Assembly: GCA_963708885.1 (NCBI GenBank)
Contig: CAVPUF010000003.1
Span: 1,042,303 to 1,106,302, forward strand
Direction of reading: 5' to 3'
DNA from: an uncultured Actinomycetota bacterium
GTDB taxonomy: Bacteria; Actinomycetota; Actinomycetes; Propionibacteriales; Nocardioidaceae
DNA: 64,000 bases
Part shown: piece after piece, positions 19,231-28,208 of the stretch
Numbering within the stretch: the first letter of the stretch is position 1
Layout: each line of letters begins with the position of its first letter
The notes under the pieces: generated by a model
Told to the model about the DNA's origin: nothing
Database searches by the model: none
Seen by the model: only the letters and a program-made list of their open reading frames with translations
Position numbers and translations under genes: made by a program

Positions 19231-19876
19231 GCAGCTCCTCGAGCTCGTTCTCCACGTCGGCGGACACCACGAACAGCAGCTCGTCGCCGGCCTCGATCGG
19301 CTGCTCGCCGTCGGGGGGGTAGACCTGCCCGTCGCGCAGGATCGTCACCAGCGCGGAGTTCTCGGGGAACGGGATCAGGCCCGACGGCTTCCCGACGTAC
19401 GGCGAGTCCTCGGGCAGGGTGAGCTCCACGAGGTTGGCGTTGCCCTGGCGGAACGTGAAGAGCCGCACCAGGTCGCCGACCGTGACCGCCTCCTCCACGA
19501 GCGCGGACATGATCCGCGGCGTGGACACGTTGACGTCGACGCCCCAGGCCTCCGTGAAGAGCCACTCGTTGTTGGGGTGGTTCACCCGGCCGACGGTGCG
19601 GGGGACCGCGAACTCGGTCTTGGCCAGGAGCGAGGTCACCAGGTTGGCCTTGTCGTCCCCGGTGGCGGCGATGACGACGTCGCACTGGTCGAGGTGGGCC
19701 TCCTCGAGCGAGGACAGCTCGCAGGAGTCCGCGAGCAGCCACTCCGCGTCGGGCACGCGCTCGGGCTTGATCGCGGCCGGCTCCTTGTCGATCAGGAGGA
19801 CCTGGTGACCGTTGGTGATGAGCTCGCGGGCGATCGAGCGACCGACCGCGCCGGCCCCGGCGATGGCAACACGCAT
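19205..19876 (-). CDS. trkA: TrkA-type K+ uptake regulatory protein (RCK N and C domains)
   Basis: MRVAIAGAGAVGRSIARELITNGHQVLLID (Rossmann) plus a C-terminal TrkA-C-like region. Start overlaps the stop of the upstream trkA copy by 1 nt. Confidence 0.85.
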   Translation of the reverse strand: MRVAIAGAGAVGRSIARELITNGHQVLLIDKEPAAIKPERVPDAEWLLADSCELSSLEEAHLDQCDVVIAATGDDKANLVTSLLAKTEFAVPRTVGRVNHPNNEWLFTEAWGVDVNVSTPRIMSALVEEAVTVGDLVRLFTFRQGNANLVELTLPEDSPYVGKPSGLIPFPENSALVTILRDGQVYPPDGEQPIEAGDELLFVVSADVENELEELLSPDRPRE

Positions 19877-20538
19877 CAGGACTCCTCCGGGCCTTCGTCG
19901 ATGACCTTGTAGGCCGCGGCGGCGTTCTCCTCGCGCATCACCAGGTGGAGCAGGTCGCCCTCCTGGATCACGCTGTCGATGGTCGGGAGCATGCCCTCGC
20001 CGAGGCGGTCGATCCAGGCGATCCGGGAGCGGGTCGCGGACTGGAACTCGACCGTGCGGTGGCCCACCCACGCGGTCGGGGCCGGCACCTGGTCGACGCG
20101 GATGGTGCCGGACGGGTCGCGGAAGTCGGGCTCGGCGCCCGCGGGCAGCAGCCGGCGCAGGATCTGGTCGGACGTCCACTTGACCGTGGCGACCGTGGTG
20201 ATGCCGAGGCGCTGGTAGACCTCGGCCCTGCCGGGGTCGTAGATCCTGGCCACGACCTGGTCGATCCCGAAGGTCTCGCGCGCGACACGCGCGGCGATGA
20301 TGTTGGAGTTGTCGCCGCTCGAGACGGCCGCGAACGCGTCGGCGCGACGGATGCCCGCCTTCTCGAGGACCTCCTGGTCGAAGCCGTAGCCGGTGACTTT
20401 GTCCCCGTTGAACCCGGGTCCGAGCCTCCGGAAGCTGTCGGGCTCGCTGTCGATCACCGAGACCGTGTGGTTGCGCTCCTCCAGGCTGCGCGCCAGGGTC
20501 GAACCGACCCGGCCACATCCCATGATCACCACGTGCAC
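19876..20538 (-). CDS. trkA: TrkA-type K+ uptake regulatory protein, second copy
   Basis: VHVVIMGCGRVGSTLARSLEERNHTVSVID... These are the last 220 codons of the 908-aa ORF; the rest is antisense to the APC permease. Start could be 20538, 20532, 20529 or 20523. Confidence 0.85.
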   Translation of the reverse strand: MHVVIMGCGRVGSTLARSLEERNHTVSVIDSEPDSFRRLGPGFNGDKVTGYGFDQEVLEKAGIRRADAFAAVSSGDNSNIIAARVARETFGIDQVVARIYDPGRAEVYQRLGITTVATVKWTSDQILRRLLPAGAEPDFRDPSGTIRVDQVPAPTAWVGHRTVEFQSATRSRIAWIDRLGEGMLPTIDSVIQEGDLLHLVMREENAAAAYKVIDEGPEES

Positions 20539-20562
20539 GGGTGAACCGTATCCTGTTCGCTC

Positions 20563-22614
20563 GTGGGTGTAAGCGACGTCTCCAAGCGGATCCTCCTGGG
20601 CCGGAAGCTCAGGAGCTCCCAGCTCGGGGAGACCCTGCTGCCCAAGCGGATCGCGCTCCCGGTCTTCGCCAGCGACGCCCTCTCCTCGGTGGCCTACGCC
20701 CCGGACGAGATCTTCATCATGCTGTCCCTGGCCGGCGCGTCCGCCTACGCCTACTCGTGGAAGATCGGCATCGCCGTCGCGATCGTGATGCTGACCGTGG
20801 TGGCGTCGTACCGGCAGAACGTCCACGCCTACCCCAGCGGCGGCGGCGACTACGAGGTGGCCACGGTCAACCTCGGCCAGACCGCGGGCGTCACCGTGGC
20901 CTCGGCCCTGCTCGTCGACTACGTGCTCACCGTGGCCGTGTCGGTGTCCTCCGGGGTGCAGAACGCCGGCTCGGCCATCCCCTGGGTCGCCGGCCACGCG
21001 GCGCTGGTGGCGGTCCTCCTCGTCGTGGTCCTGGCGGCGCTCAACCTCCGAGGCGTGCGCGAGTCGGGGGCGTTCTTCGCCCTGCCGACCTACGGCTTCA
21101 TGATCGGCGTCATCGGGATGGCGGTGCTGGGTGCCCTGCGGGCGGCCCACGGGACCCTGCCCAAGGTCGAGAGCGCGAACCTCACCATCATCCCGGCGCC
21201 GGGCTACTCGAACCTGACCGGCCTGGCGCTGGTCCTGCTCATCGCCCGGGCCTTCTCCTCGGGCAGCGCGGCGCTGACCGGTGTGGAGGCCATCTCGAAC
21301 GGCGTACCGGCCTTCCGCAAGCCCAAGAGCAAGAACGCCGCCACCACCCTGCTGCTCCTCGGCACGATCGCGATCACGATGCTGCTGAGCATCATCGTGC
21401 TCGCGAACAAGATGGGCCTGCGGTACGTCGACCCGGCGGACACCTCCCGGCTGCGCACCGCCTCGGGGCACCCCCTTCCGCCCGGGTACAACGAGCCCAC
21501 GGTCATGGCCCAGCTGTCCAAGGCGGTCTTCGACGTCTTCCCGCCGGGCTACTACTTCGTGCTGGCGATGACCGGGATCATCCTGATCCTGGCCGCGAAC
21601 ACGGCGTTCAACGGGTTCCCCGTCCTCGGCTCGATCCTGGCTCGCGACGGCTTCATGCCCCGGGCGCTCGGCTCGCGCGGCGACCGGCTCGCCTACAGCA
21701 ACGGGATCATCGTGCTGGCCGGCTTCGCGGTCGTGCTGATCTTCGCGTTCGACGCGCAGACGACGCGGCTCATCCAGCTCTACATCGTCGGCGTGTTCGT
21801 CTCGTTCAACCTCAGCCAGCTCGGGATGATCCGGCACTGGACGCGGCACCTGAAGACCGAGACCGACCCCGCCAAGCGGCGTCACATGATCCGCTCCCGG
21901 GTGATCAACACGTTCGGTCTCGGGATGACCGCCGTCGTCTTCGTGGTCATCCTGCTCACCAAGTTCCTCGCCGGCGCCTGGATCGCGATCCTGGCCATGT
22001 GCATCTTCTTCGCGATCATGAAGGGCATCCGCCGCCACTACGACAACGTGACGCGTGAGCTCGCGGCGGACGACGAGGACCGGATCCTGCCCACCAAGGT
22101 GCACGCGGTCGTGCTGGTGTCGAAGCTCCACAAGCCGACCCTCCGGGCCCTGGCCTACGCCAAGGCGACCCGGCCCAACGTGCTCGAGGCGGTCTACGTC
22201 GGCTCGGACGACAAGACGACCCAGGCGCTGGTCCGCGAGTGGGACGAGCGCAACCTCGGGGTCCCGCTCAAGGTGCTGTACTCGCCCTTCCGGGAGATCG
22301 TCCGGCCGATCATCGACTACGCCAGCCAGATCCGGCAGGCCAACCCACGCGGCGTGGTCGCGGTCTACATCCCCGAGTACGTCGTGGGCCGCTGGTGGGA
22401 GCAGCTCCTCCACAACCAGACGGCGCTGCGGCTCAAGGGGCGGTTGCTCTTCACCCCCGGCGTGATGGTGACCTCGGTGCCCTACCAGCTGCACTCCTCG
22501 CAGATCGCCAAGGCCCGCGAGGAGCGCGAGAGCACGCGGGTCAAGGCCGGCGACCTGCGACGCGGCACCGTCGGGCGCAGCCAGGAACCCGGCCGACGGC
22601 AAGTGCCTCGGTGA
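20563..22614 (+). CDS. APC-family permease with large C-terminal cytoplasmic domain
   Basis: 683-aa ORF. 12 TM segments (ALPVFASDALSSVAYAPDEI) then a soluble roughly 200-aa tail. Conserved next to trkA genes in actinobacteria. Confidence 0.85.
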   Translation: MGVSDVSKRILLGRKLRSSQLGETLLPKRIALPVFASDALSSVAYAPDEIFIMLSLAGASAYAYSWKIGIAVAIVMLTVVASYRQNVHAYPSGGGDYEVATVNLGQTAGVTVASALLVDYVLTVAVSVSSGVQNAGSAIPWVAGHAALVAVLLVVVLAALNLRGVRESGAFFALPTYGFMIGVIGMAVLGALRAAHGTLPKVESANLTIIPAPGYSNLTGLALVLLIARAFSSGSAALTGVEAISNGVPAFRKPKSKNAATTLLLLGTIAITMLLSIIVLANKMGLRYVDPADTSRLRTASGHPLPPGYNEPTVMAQLSKAVFDVFPPGYYFVLAMTGIILILAANTAFNGFPVLGSILARDGFMPRALGSRGDRLAYSNGIIVLAGFAVVLIFAFDAQTTRLIQLYIVGVFVSFNLSQLGMIRHWTRHLKTETDPAKRRHMIRSRVINTFGLGMTAVVFVVILLTKFLAGAWIAILAMCIFFAIMKGIRRHYDNVTRELAADDEDRILPTKVHAVVLVSKLHKPTLRALAYAKATRPNVLEAVYVGSDDKTTQALVREWDERNLGVPLKVLYSPFREIVRPIIDYASQIRQANPRGVVAVYIPEYVVGRWWEQLLHNQTALRLKGRLLFTPGVMVTSVPYQLHSSQIAKAREERESTRVKAGDLRRGTVGRSQEPGRRQVPR

Positions 22615-23771
22615 GCCCGGGACGCAAGGCGTCGTCGCGCCCGCAGTCCGGTCAGCCGCGGCCGAGGGCCGCGCGCGGAGCGTCCCGCGTGGGCGAGCGG
22701 TTCGAGGCGGAGGTCGGCCCCGTCGCTCACGGCGGCCACTGCGTCGTACGCCGCCCCTCGACGGCGGAGCCAGGTCGTGACCGGGTGGTCTTCGTCCGTC
22801 ATGCCCTTCCCGGGGAGCGCGTCGTGGTCGAGGTCACGGAGGGCACCGACGGCGACGCCTTCTGGCGCGGCGACGCCGTGTCCGTCCTGACGCCCTCGCC
22901 CGACCGGGTCGAGGCGCCGTGCCCCTACGCCGTCCCCGGCGGCTGCGGCGGCTGCGACTTCCAGCACGTCGCGCCCGCGGCACAGCGCGAGCTCAAGGCC
23001 GCGGTGGTCGCCGAGCAGCTGTCGCGTCTGGCCGGGATCCAGCGTGAGGTCGAGGTCGAGGCCGTGCCGCCGACGGTGAGGTGGCGCTCCCGGATGCGCT
23101 ACGTCGCGCTGCCGGCGGGCCGCCGCGGGCTCCATGCGCACCGCTCCGACGAGGTCGTCGAGATCGAGGACTGCCTGATCGACGCCGGGACCGGCGACCG
23201 CTCCCGGGAGACCGTGGCCACGTCGTACGGCAGCCGCAGGTTCTCGGTCGATCCGGACGGCTTCTGGCAGTCGCACGTGGACGCGCCGCGGGTGCTGGTC
23301 GAGGCCGTCCTGCGGATGGTCCGGCCGTTGCCGGGGGAGCGGGTGATGGATCTCTACGCCGGCGTCGGGCTGTTCGCCGCGTTCCTGGCCGATGCGGTCG
23401 GGCCGACCGGCCGGGTCGTCGCGGTCGAGGGCTCGCGCGTCGCCTGCGAGCACGCGCACGCGAACCTGCCCGTGGACGTCCGCGTCGAGCACGGACCGGT
23501 CGAGCGCGTCCTGGCCTCCTCGTACGACGAGCCGTTCGACATCGTCGTCCTGGACCCGCCGCGCGAAGGGGCTCGCCGAGGAGTCGTCCAGCAGATCGCG
23601 GCCCGTGCTCCGCGCGCGGTGGCCTACGTCGCCTGCGATCCCGCGGCGCTCGCGCGCGACGTGGCGACGTTCGCCGAGCACGGGTACGCCCTCGGCGAGC
23701 TGCGGGCGTTCGACCTGTTCCCGATGACGCACCACGTGGAGTGCGTTGCTTTGCTGGAAAGGGGCTGCTGA
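22611..23771 (+). CDS. class I SAM-dependent RNA (uracil-5) methyltransferase, TrmA/RumA family
   Basis: TRAM-like N-terminus, Cys cluster CPYAVPGGCGGCDFQH, SAM motif DLYAGVGLF, DPPREGA, C-terminal DLFPMTHHVECVALLERGC*. GTG start overlaps the permease stop. The last ~25 nt use AT-ending codons (see island finding). Confidence 0.85.
   Translation: MSPGRKASSRPQSGQPRPRAARGASRVGERFEAEVGPVAHGGHCVVRRPSTAEPGRDRVVFVRHALPGERVVVEVTEGTDGDAFWRGDAVSVLTPSPDRVEAPCPYAVPGGCGGCDFQHVAPAAQRELKAAVVAEQLSRLAGIQREVEVEAVPPTVRWRSRMRYVALPAGRRGLHAHRSDEVVEIEDCLIDAGTGDRSRETVATSYGSRRFSVDPDGFWQSHVDAPRVLVEAVLRMVRPLPGERVMDLYAGVGLFAAFLADAVGPTGRVVAVEGSRVACEHAHANLPVDVRVEHGPVERVLASSYDEPFDIVVLDPPREGARRGVVQQIAARAPRAVAYVACDPAALARDVATFAEHGYALGELRAFDLFPMTHHVECVALLERGC
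23718..23749 (+). repeat. left copy of 32-bp direct repeat (putative attL core)
   Basis: TTCCCGATGACGCACCACGTGGAGTGCGTTGC; 30/32 identical to 33749-33780, same orientation. Confidence 0.85.
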
Positions 23772-24214
23772 CCTTCGGAAGAGCAGCGGCGATGCGCGTC
23801 GCGCCGGTGATCGAAAGCGCGCTTTGGGCTCAGATTGGATCCGTGACACAGCGGCCGACAGCGCCGGCAGTGCGCGTCCCTCACGCGGGACCAGATGTCG
23901 TAGTTCTGACTGCGCATGCGGCCTGAACCTGCGGGAACCTTCTAGATCTGAGTTCCTGGGCCGCGGTCGGGGCGCACGGGACTGACAGGGGATACAAAGT
24001 CTCGCGACGCGCTATCACCGCCGCGCAGCCGGCTGCCTCCCGGCTGTTCTTGCGCCGGACCGACGCCTGACTCGAAGAGGCTTCAACCTGACCGGCGACG
24101 ATGGTGGGACTGAACGACACTCTGGCTCCTCGGGTGGATCCGGGAGGGATTCGTGTGCGCAGGTGGTCACTGCAGGCGGAGTGGGTGCACTCTGTGAGCC
24201 AGGACTGGCGTGCA

Positions 24215-25528
24215 ATGGGAGGCGTCGTGCACGAAACCGGCACTCGCGACTACCTCAAGGGGGCGCTCTGGGTCATGCCGGCGGGCGCGGTTGTCATCGC
24301 GCTGCTGGCAGGATCCCTGTTGAGCATGGTCGACATCGGCCCGGACGCGCCGATCTCTCCGCTGTTGTTCCAAGGCACAGCGGACGACGCGAGAACGCTC
24401 CTGATCGGCATCTCCGGGACGATGATGACGGTGATCGCCCTGGTGCTGGGACTCACGCTGGTTGCGCTCCAACTGGCCTCGACCCAGTTCTCGCCGCGCC
24501 TCCTGCGGTTTTTCCTGCGTGACCGGGTCAACCAGATCACCTTGAGCGTGTTCGTTGCCACCTTCGTCTACGCCACGGCGGGGCTCTATACCGTCGGCGT
24601 CAGCCATGGGGAGCGCGTCGACAGCTACCCGCGCCTGGCGGTGACCCTCGCGCTGGTGCTGATGTTCGCGAGCCTCGTGGTACTGGTGTACTTCGTGCAC
24701 CACATCTCGCACTCGATCCAGATCGACGAGATCATGCGAGGCGTCGAACACACCACCCTGTTCGTGATCGAGCACGAACTCCCGACCCACGGCGTGGACG
24801 TCCAGCCCATGCCCGAGACGCCGGTGTGGGCGGTGACCGTCGCGGCGTACGCCTCGGGATATGTACAGACCCTGCGGCCAGAAGTGCTGCTCCAGGAGGC
24901 GCTCCGCATGGGCGTCACGTGTGCTGTGATTCCCATGGTCGGCGAGCACGTGATCGAGGGACAGCCACTGGTCCGGGTGTGGCGAACCTCGCCCGAACAG
25001 TCCCCTCCTGTTCCTGAGGAGTACCTCCACGCCGTACGCGCGACGGTTCGAATCGGTTACGAGCGCACCAACGAGCAGGACGTCGCCTTCGGCATCCGAC
25101 AGCTCGCCGACATCGCTGTGAAGGCGTTGTCTCCGGCGGTCAACGACCCCTACACAGGGATGCAGGCGCTGGAACACATCTCGGTGGTTCTGGCGGCTTT
25201 GGCTCCCCGACCGCTGGGCGACCAGGTGCTCAGCGATCCCGACGGCCGGCCGCGAGTGGTGGTGCCGGGACGCGACTTCGCCTACTACGTCGATCTGGCT
25301 ACCGGCCAGATCCGCCGCTACGGCACTAGTGAACCGCGTGTACTCGGTTCGCTACTCCGCGTGCTGAACCGGCTCGGTCCGTTCTGCCGCGACGACCAGC
25401 GGCGCCGCACTCTGGCAAGAACGGCGGCACTCGTCGCCGATGCGGCTGAGCACGGCATCGTTCAGGAGGGCGACCGCCAAGGGGTCACCGACGAGGCACG
25501 TTCGGTCCAGGCGCGGCTTTCTGGCTGA
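24215..25528 (+). CDS. DUF2254 domain membrane protein
   Basis: N-terminal TM helices (LKGALWVMPAGAVVIALLAGSLL; LIGISGTMMTVIALVLGLTLVALQLASTQFSPRLL) then a soluble domain. ORF opens at 24101; ATG 24215 is the likelier start. Confidence 0.7.
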   Translation: MGGVVHETGTRDYLKGALWVMPAGAVVIALLAGSLLSMVDIGPDAPISPLLFQGTADDARTLLIGISGTMMTVIALVLGLTLVALQLASTQFSPRLLRFFLRDRVNQITLSVFVATFVYATAGLYTVGVSHGERVDSYPRLAVTLALVLMFASLVVLVYFVHHISHSIQIDEIMRGVEHTTLFVIEHELPTHGVDVQPMPETPVWAVTVAAYASGYVQTLRPEVLLQEALRMGVTCAVIPMVGEHVIEGQPLVRVWRTSPEQSPPVPEEYLHAVRATVRIGYERTNEQDVAFGIRQLADIAVKALSPAVNDPYTGMQALEHISVVLAALAPRPLGDQVLSDPDGRPRVVVPGRDFAYYVDLATGQIRRYGTSEPRVLGSLLRVLNRLGPFCRDDQRRRTLARTAALVADAAEHGIVQEGDRQGVTDEARSVQARLSG

Positions 25529-25839
25529 CCAGTGCGCGGCTGCCAGCCCTGCGGTGGGGCGACGGCTTTCGCTCCTTGCGATTGAGATCCCTTGGGCGGG
25601 ATCCCCGGGCACGTGCGTGGCGCACCAATTCCCCGATTGTTCGGTGAAGAGGTCGCCGTCGAGGTCAAGGCGGAGCACGTGCCGAGCGACCCCGCCGCGG
25701 TGTTTGTGCAGGTCAGCGCACCTTTCGCAACGAGGAGAGATCTGCTGCGGCGCTTGTTGATGAACAAAGGGGCGCAGTCCAAATCCTGTCAGCCCGACTG
25801 ATGTCAGCCTTGCCGAGCGGCGAGCCGACCCCGTGTGGC

Positions 25840-26283
25840 TCACGTAGCCGCCTCGAGCAACAGCTTGAGGCGCGCCAGGTCCTTCTGGGTAGCCCGACGC
25901 ATCGCCAACGCGAGCATCGGGGCGGTCAGCCGCGAGAAGCCCGACGGGTTGCCTCGGTTGCGCAGCGTCATTCGCGTGGCATGGCCTCCTACGGGCTCAA
26001 ACGTGTAGGTGGTCTCCATCGGGAAGGGGCCGTCGGTTGTGCGCATCACCAGCCTCCTGTAGGGCAGGAGTTCGACGATCTCGTACGTGTAGGCGAGGCG
26101 CCGGCCGAGGAACTGGGCAACGAAGTCCATACGCGACCCCACCCGGATTGTGGGCTGGGTCCGCCAGGCGACAGACCGGATGTTGGCGTACCACTGCGGC
26201 GCATTCGCCGGGTCGCCGGCAAAGTCCGCTACCACCTCGACAGGTCGGTCGATGGTGGTCTCGACCAGCACGTCGACGCTCAC
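25840..26283 (-). CDS. SRPBCC (polyketide cyclase/START-like) family protein
   Basis: VSVDVLVETTIDRPVEVVADFAGDPANAPQWYANI... is a typical SRPBCC N-terminus. The upstream 30 codons of the ORF are Arg-rich junk. Confidence 0.7.
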   Translation of the reverse strand: MSVDVLVETTIDRPVEVVADFAGDPANAPQWYANIRSVAWRTQPTIRVGSRMDFVAQFLGRRLAYTYEIVELLPYRRLVMRTTDGPFPMETTYTFEPVGGHATRMTLRNRGNPSGFSRLTAPMLALAMRRATQKDLARLKLLLEAAT

Positions 26284-26406
26284 GGTGTCATCTTCGCGCC
26301 TGACCTGAAGGCCGGCCAGTCGTCGACGATTCGCGTGAGGTGGGGTTGGCGATCGGCGCCACAACCCCGGCAAGGTTTGTGGGTGTGCCGTTTTGGGGTG
26401 GGCCGT

Positions 26407-27213
26407 TCACCGCGGGACGTCATCGGCTGGAGAGCCTGATGCGGCGGCAGCTCGCTCACCGGCTGTCAGGGTCACGGCGTCGCTCACGCTCATCGACCCG
26501 GTCAGTGTCACCTTGCACCAGACCCCGAACTTCGCGTCGTGGTGACGCGCGAGGGTACGGAAAACGTCGGGGTCGGGCCGCATTCCCGGCTGCTCGCGGG
26601 TCACCATGGTGCACCTGATGCAACCCTCGGTGGGCGCGAGCACAGCCGAACCCGTGTGCAGGGATTGCCCCACCCATGCGTCCTCCACCCAGTCGTCTCC
26701 CGTGGTGTCGACCAGAACGTTGGGGCGGAACCTCCGCGGCTCCCAGCTCCCGGCCGGGTAGAGCTTCGCCGCTGTGCGCAGCGACGCGGTGGTCAGGACG
26801 AGCAGGGCTGCGGCATCGACGTACCTGTGCTCGGGCATCGTCCACTCGATGGCCCGGCTGTTGTCGTCGGTCGCGTCTGCGAAGTACTCCGCCTTGCCGG
26901 GCGCTGCCGAGACCGCGGAGACCAACGACACCGGGCCCTCCAACCACTCGGAGAGCAGGCGGTCGGTCGTCGGCCCGGGTCCTTCGGCCGTACGCCCGTC
27001 GGGCAGGGTGATCACCGGCTGTGCGTCGTGGTAGGACGCGGTGGCATGCAGCAGTACCGGTCGCCGGCGCGCGGTCAGGATCCGGCCGGTGCGTTCGTCG
27101 CGGATGCCCCACCGCCGGTCACCCTCGAGGCCATCCCGCTCGACGACGGTGGTGTCGAGTCGTTCGCCTTGCAGCGACTTCACCGGATAGCGCCAGATCC
27201 CGACGATCTTCAT
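26407..27213 (-). CDS. MOSC domain protein
   Basis: MKIVGIWRYPVKSLQGERL (MOSC_N beta-barrel) and C-terminal EGCIRCTMVT (conserved MOSC cysteine). Confidence 0.8.
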   Translation of the reverse strand: MKIVGIWRYPVKSLQGERLDTTVVERDGLEGDRRWGIRDERTGRILTARRRPVLLHATASYHDAQPVITLPDGRTAEGPGPTTDRLLSEWLEGPVSLVSAVSAAPGKAEYFADATDDNSRAIEWTMPEHRYVDAAALLVLTTASLRTAAKLYPAGSWEPRRFRPNVLVDTTGDDWVEDAWVGQSLHTGSAVLAPTEGCIRCTMVTREQPGMRPDPDVFRTLARHHDAKFGVWCKVTLTGSMSVSDAVTLTAGERAAAASGSPADDVPR

Positions 27214-27360
27214 GTCACCCCTCCACCCGACCCGCTCGGTCACAGCGTGCAGTCCGTAGACGTGCCCTGTCGACCCGAAGGCGTGACGTGCGACGTCACG
27301 ACGTGATGTCCCAGGTCACGCCTCGGTCGGTGACACCACCACACTCACCGAGGAGGAGAA

Positions 27361-27765
27361 ATGCCGAGCGCATCACGAGCGACGACTCCTGTCGCCATGG
27401 ACCTGGAGATGATCGAGGGCCGCTACGCCGAGCTGCACGACCAGACCGTCGGGTTCGAGACCTTCAAGCAGGACCTCGACGCGGCGCCGTACTTCCGCGG
27501 TCTGCCCGGCGACGTCTGCTCGTGCGAGCACCACGGATACGTCACCGCCGGCCAGATCACGTTCCGCTGGCCCGACCCGGACGCCGTCGACGGCGTGCGG
27601 GAGGAGACCTATGTCGAGGGCGACTCGTACGTCGCGGGCCCCGGGCACACGCCGGTGTTCACGGCCGGATCTTCGGTCGTCGAGTTCACCCGGACGGCCG
27701 ACCTCGGCCCGGTCATGGAGGTCGTCGGCCGCAACGTCGCGACGATGCTCGGGACGTCGTCGTGA
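27361..27765 (+). CDS. small cupin-like protein (hypothetical)
   Basis: 134-aa ORF with good coding character (MDLEMIEGRYAELHDQTVGFETFKQD...HHGYVTAGQITFRW...GDSYVAGPGHTPVFTAGSSVVEF). Cupin assignment is from memory only. ATG 27397 is an alternative start. Confidence 0.55.
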   Translation: MPSASRATTPVAMDLEMIEGRYAELHDQTVGFETFKQDLDAAPYFRGLPGDVCSCEHHGYVTAGQITFRWPDPDAVDGVREETYVEGDSYVAGPGHTPVFTAGSSVVEFTRTADLGPVMEVVGRNVATMLGTSS

Positions 27766-28193
27766 CCTCGGCACTCGTCCGGGGCGACCGACTCCAGGGG
27801 GAGGAGGCCCGACTGGCTCGGACCCTCGTCCGCTGGCTCGAGACCGGTGATCGTCCGGAGGACCTCTTCGCCGAGGACGTGTTCGTCGACGTGAGCCTGC
27901 CGCAGTGGCGGCTGCAGAGCGAGGGGGCCGCCGAGGCGTTCGACCTGCGGGCGGGAAGCCATCCACATCCGGGTGACGTCGCGGTTCGCGGCCTGGATCG
28001 CACCTCTCGCGGGTTCCTCATCGAGTTCGACGAGCGATGGCTGACCGAGGGTCAGGAGTGGTACTGCCGGGAGATGATCCACTGCCAGGTCGCGGGCGAC
28101 CGGATCGCGACGATGTGTGTGTATTGCACAGGCGACTGGGACGAGGCCGCCCAACGGCGGCACGCCGAGCAGGTGCACCTGACCCGGCCGTGA
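27762..28193 (+). CDS. NTF2/SnoaL-like fold protein (hypothetical)
   Basis: 143-aa in-frame segment from a GTG overlapping the previous stop (GTGA): LARTLVRWLETGDRPEDLFAEDVFVDVSLPQWRLQSEG...WYCREMIHCQVAGDRIATMCVYCTGDWD. Confidence 0.55.
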   Translation: MTSALVRGDRLQGEEARLARTLVRWLETGDRPEDLFAEDVFVDVSLPQWRLQSEGAAEAFDLRAGSHPHPGDVAVRGLDRTSRGFLIEFDERWLTEGQEWYCREMIHCQVAGDRIATMCVYCTGDWDEAAQRRHAEQVHLTRP

Positions 28194-28208
28194 CCCTAGC
28201 CTGGCGCC

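Noticed and set aside
20539-22602. Upstream 688 codons of the 908-aa minus-strand ORF 19876..22602
   Set aside because: Only the last 220 codons (TrkA) look like protein. The rest is antisense to the APC permease.
23915-23945. Terminal inverted repeats of the island (CCCGCAGGTTCAGGCCGC at ~23925 against CCCGCAGGTCAGCGGCCG at ~33670)
   Set aside because: The similarity is short, gapped and internal to the arms rather than at the junctions. It could easily be chance in GC-rich DNA. It is mentioned only as something to test by dot-plot.
23772-24214. Integrase, tRNA or tmRNA at the island's left junction
   Set aside because: No ORF with recombinase-like sequence and no tRNA-like T-loop (GGTTCGAATCC-type) could be read on either strand. 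Only short palindromes (TCTAGATCT) are present. The same holds for the right arm.
25529-25839. ORFs 25592..25801 (+) and 25352..25843 (-) in the AT-richer gap between the DUF2254 and SRPBCC genes
   Set aside because: They overlap each other, have no recognisable motifs and show poor coding character. They may be a decayed gene remnant, but I cannot support a call.
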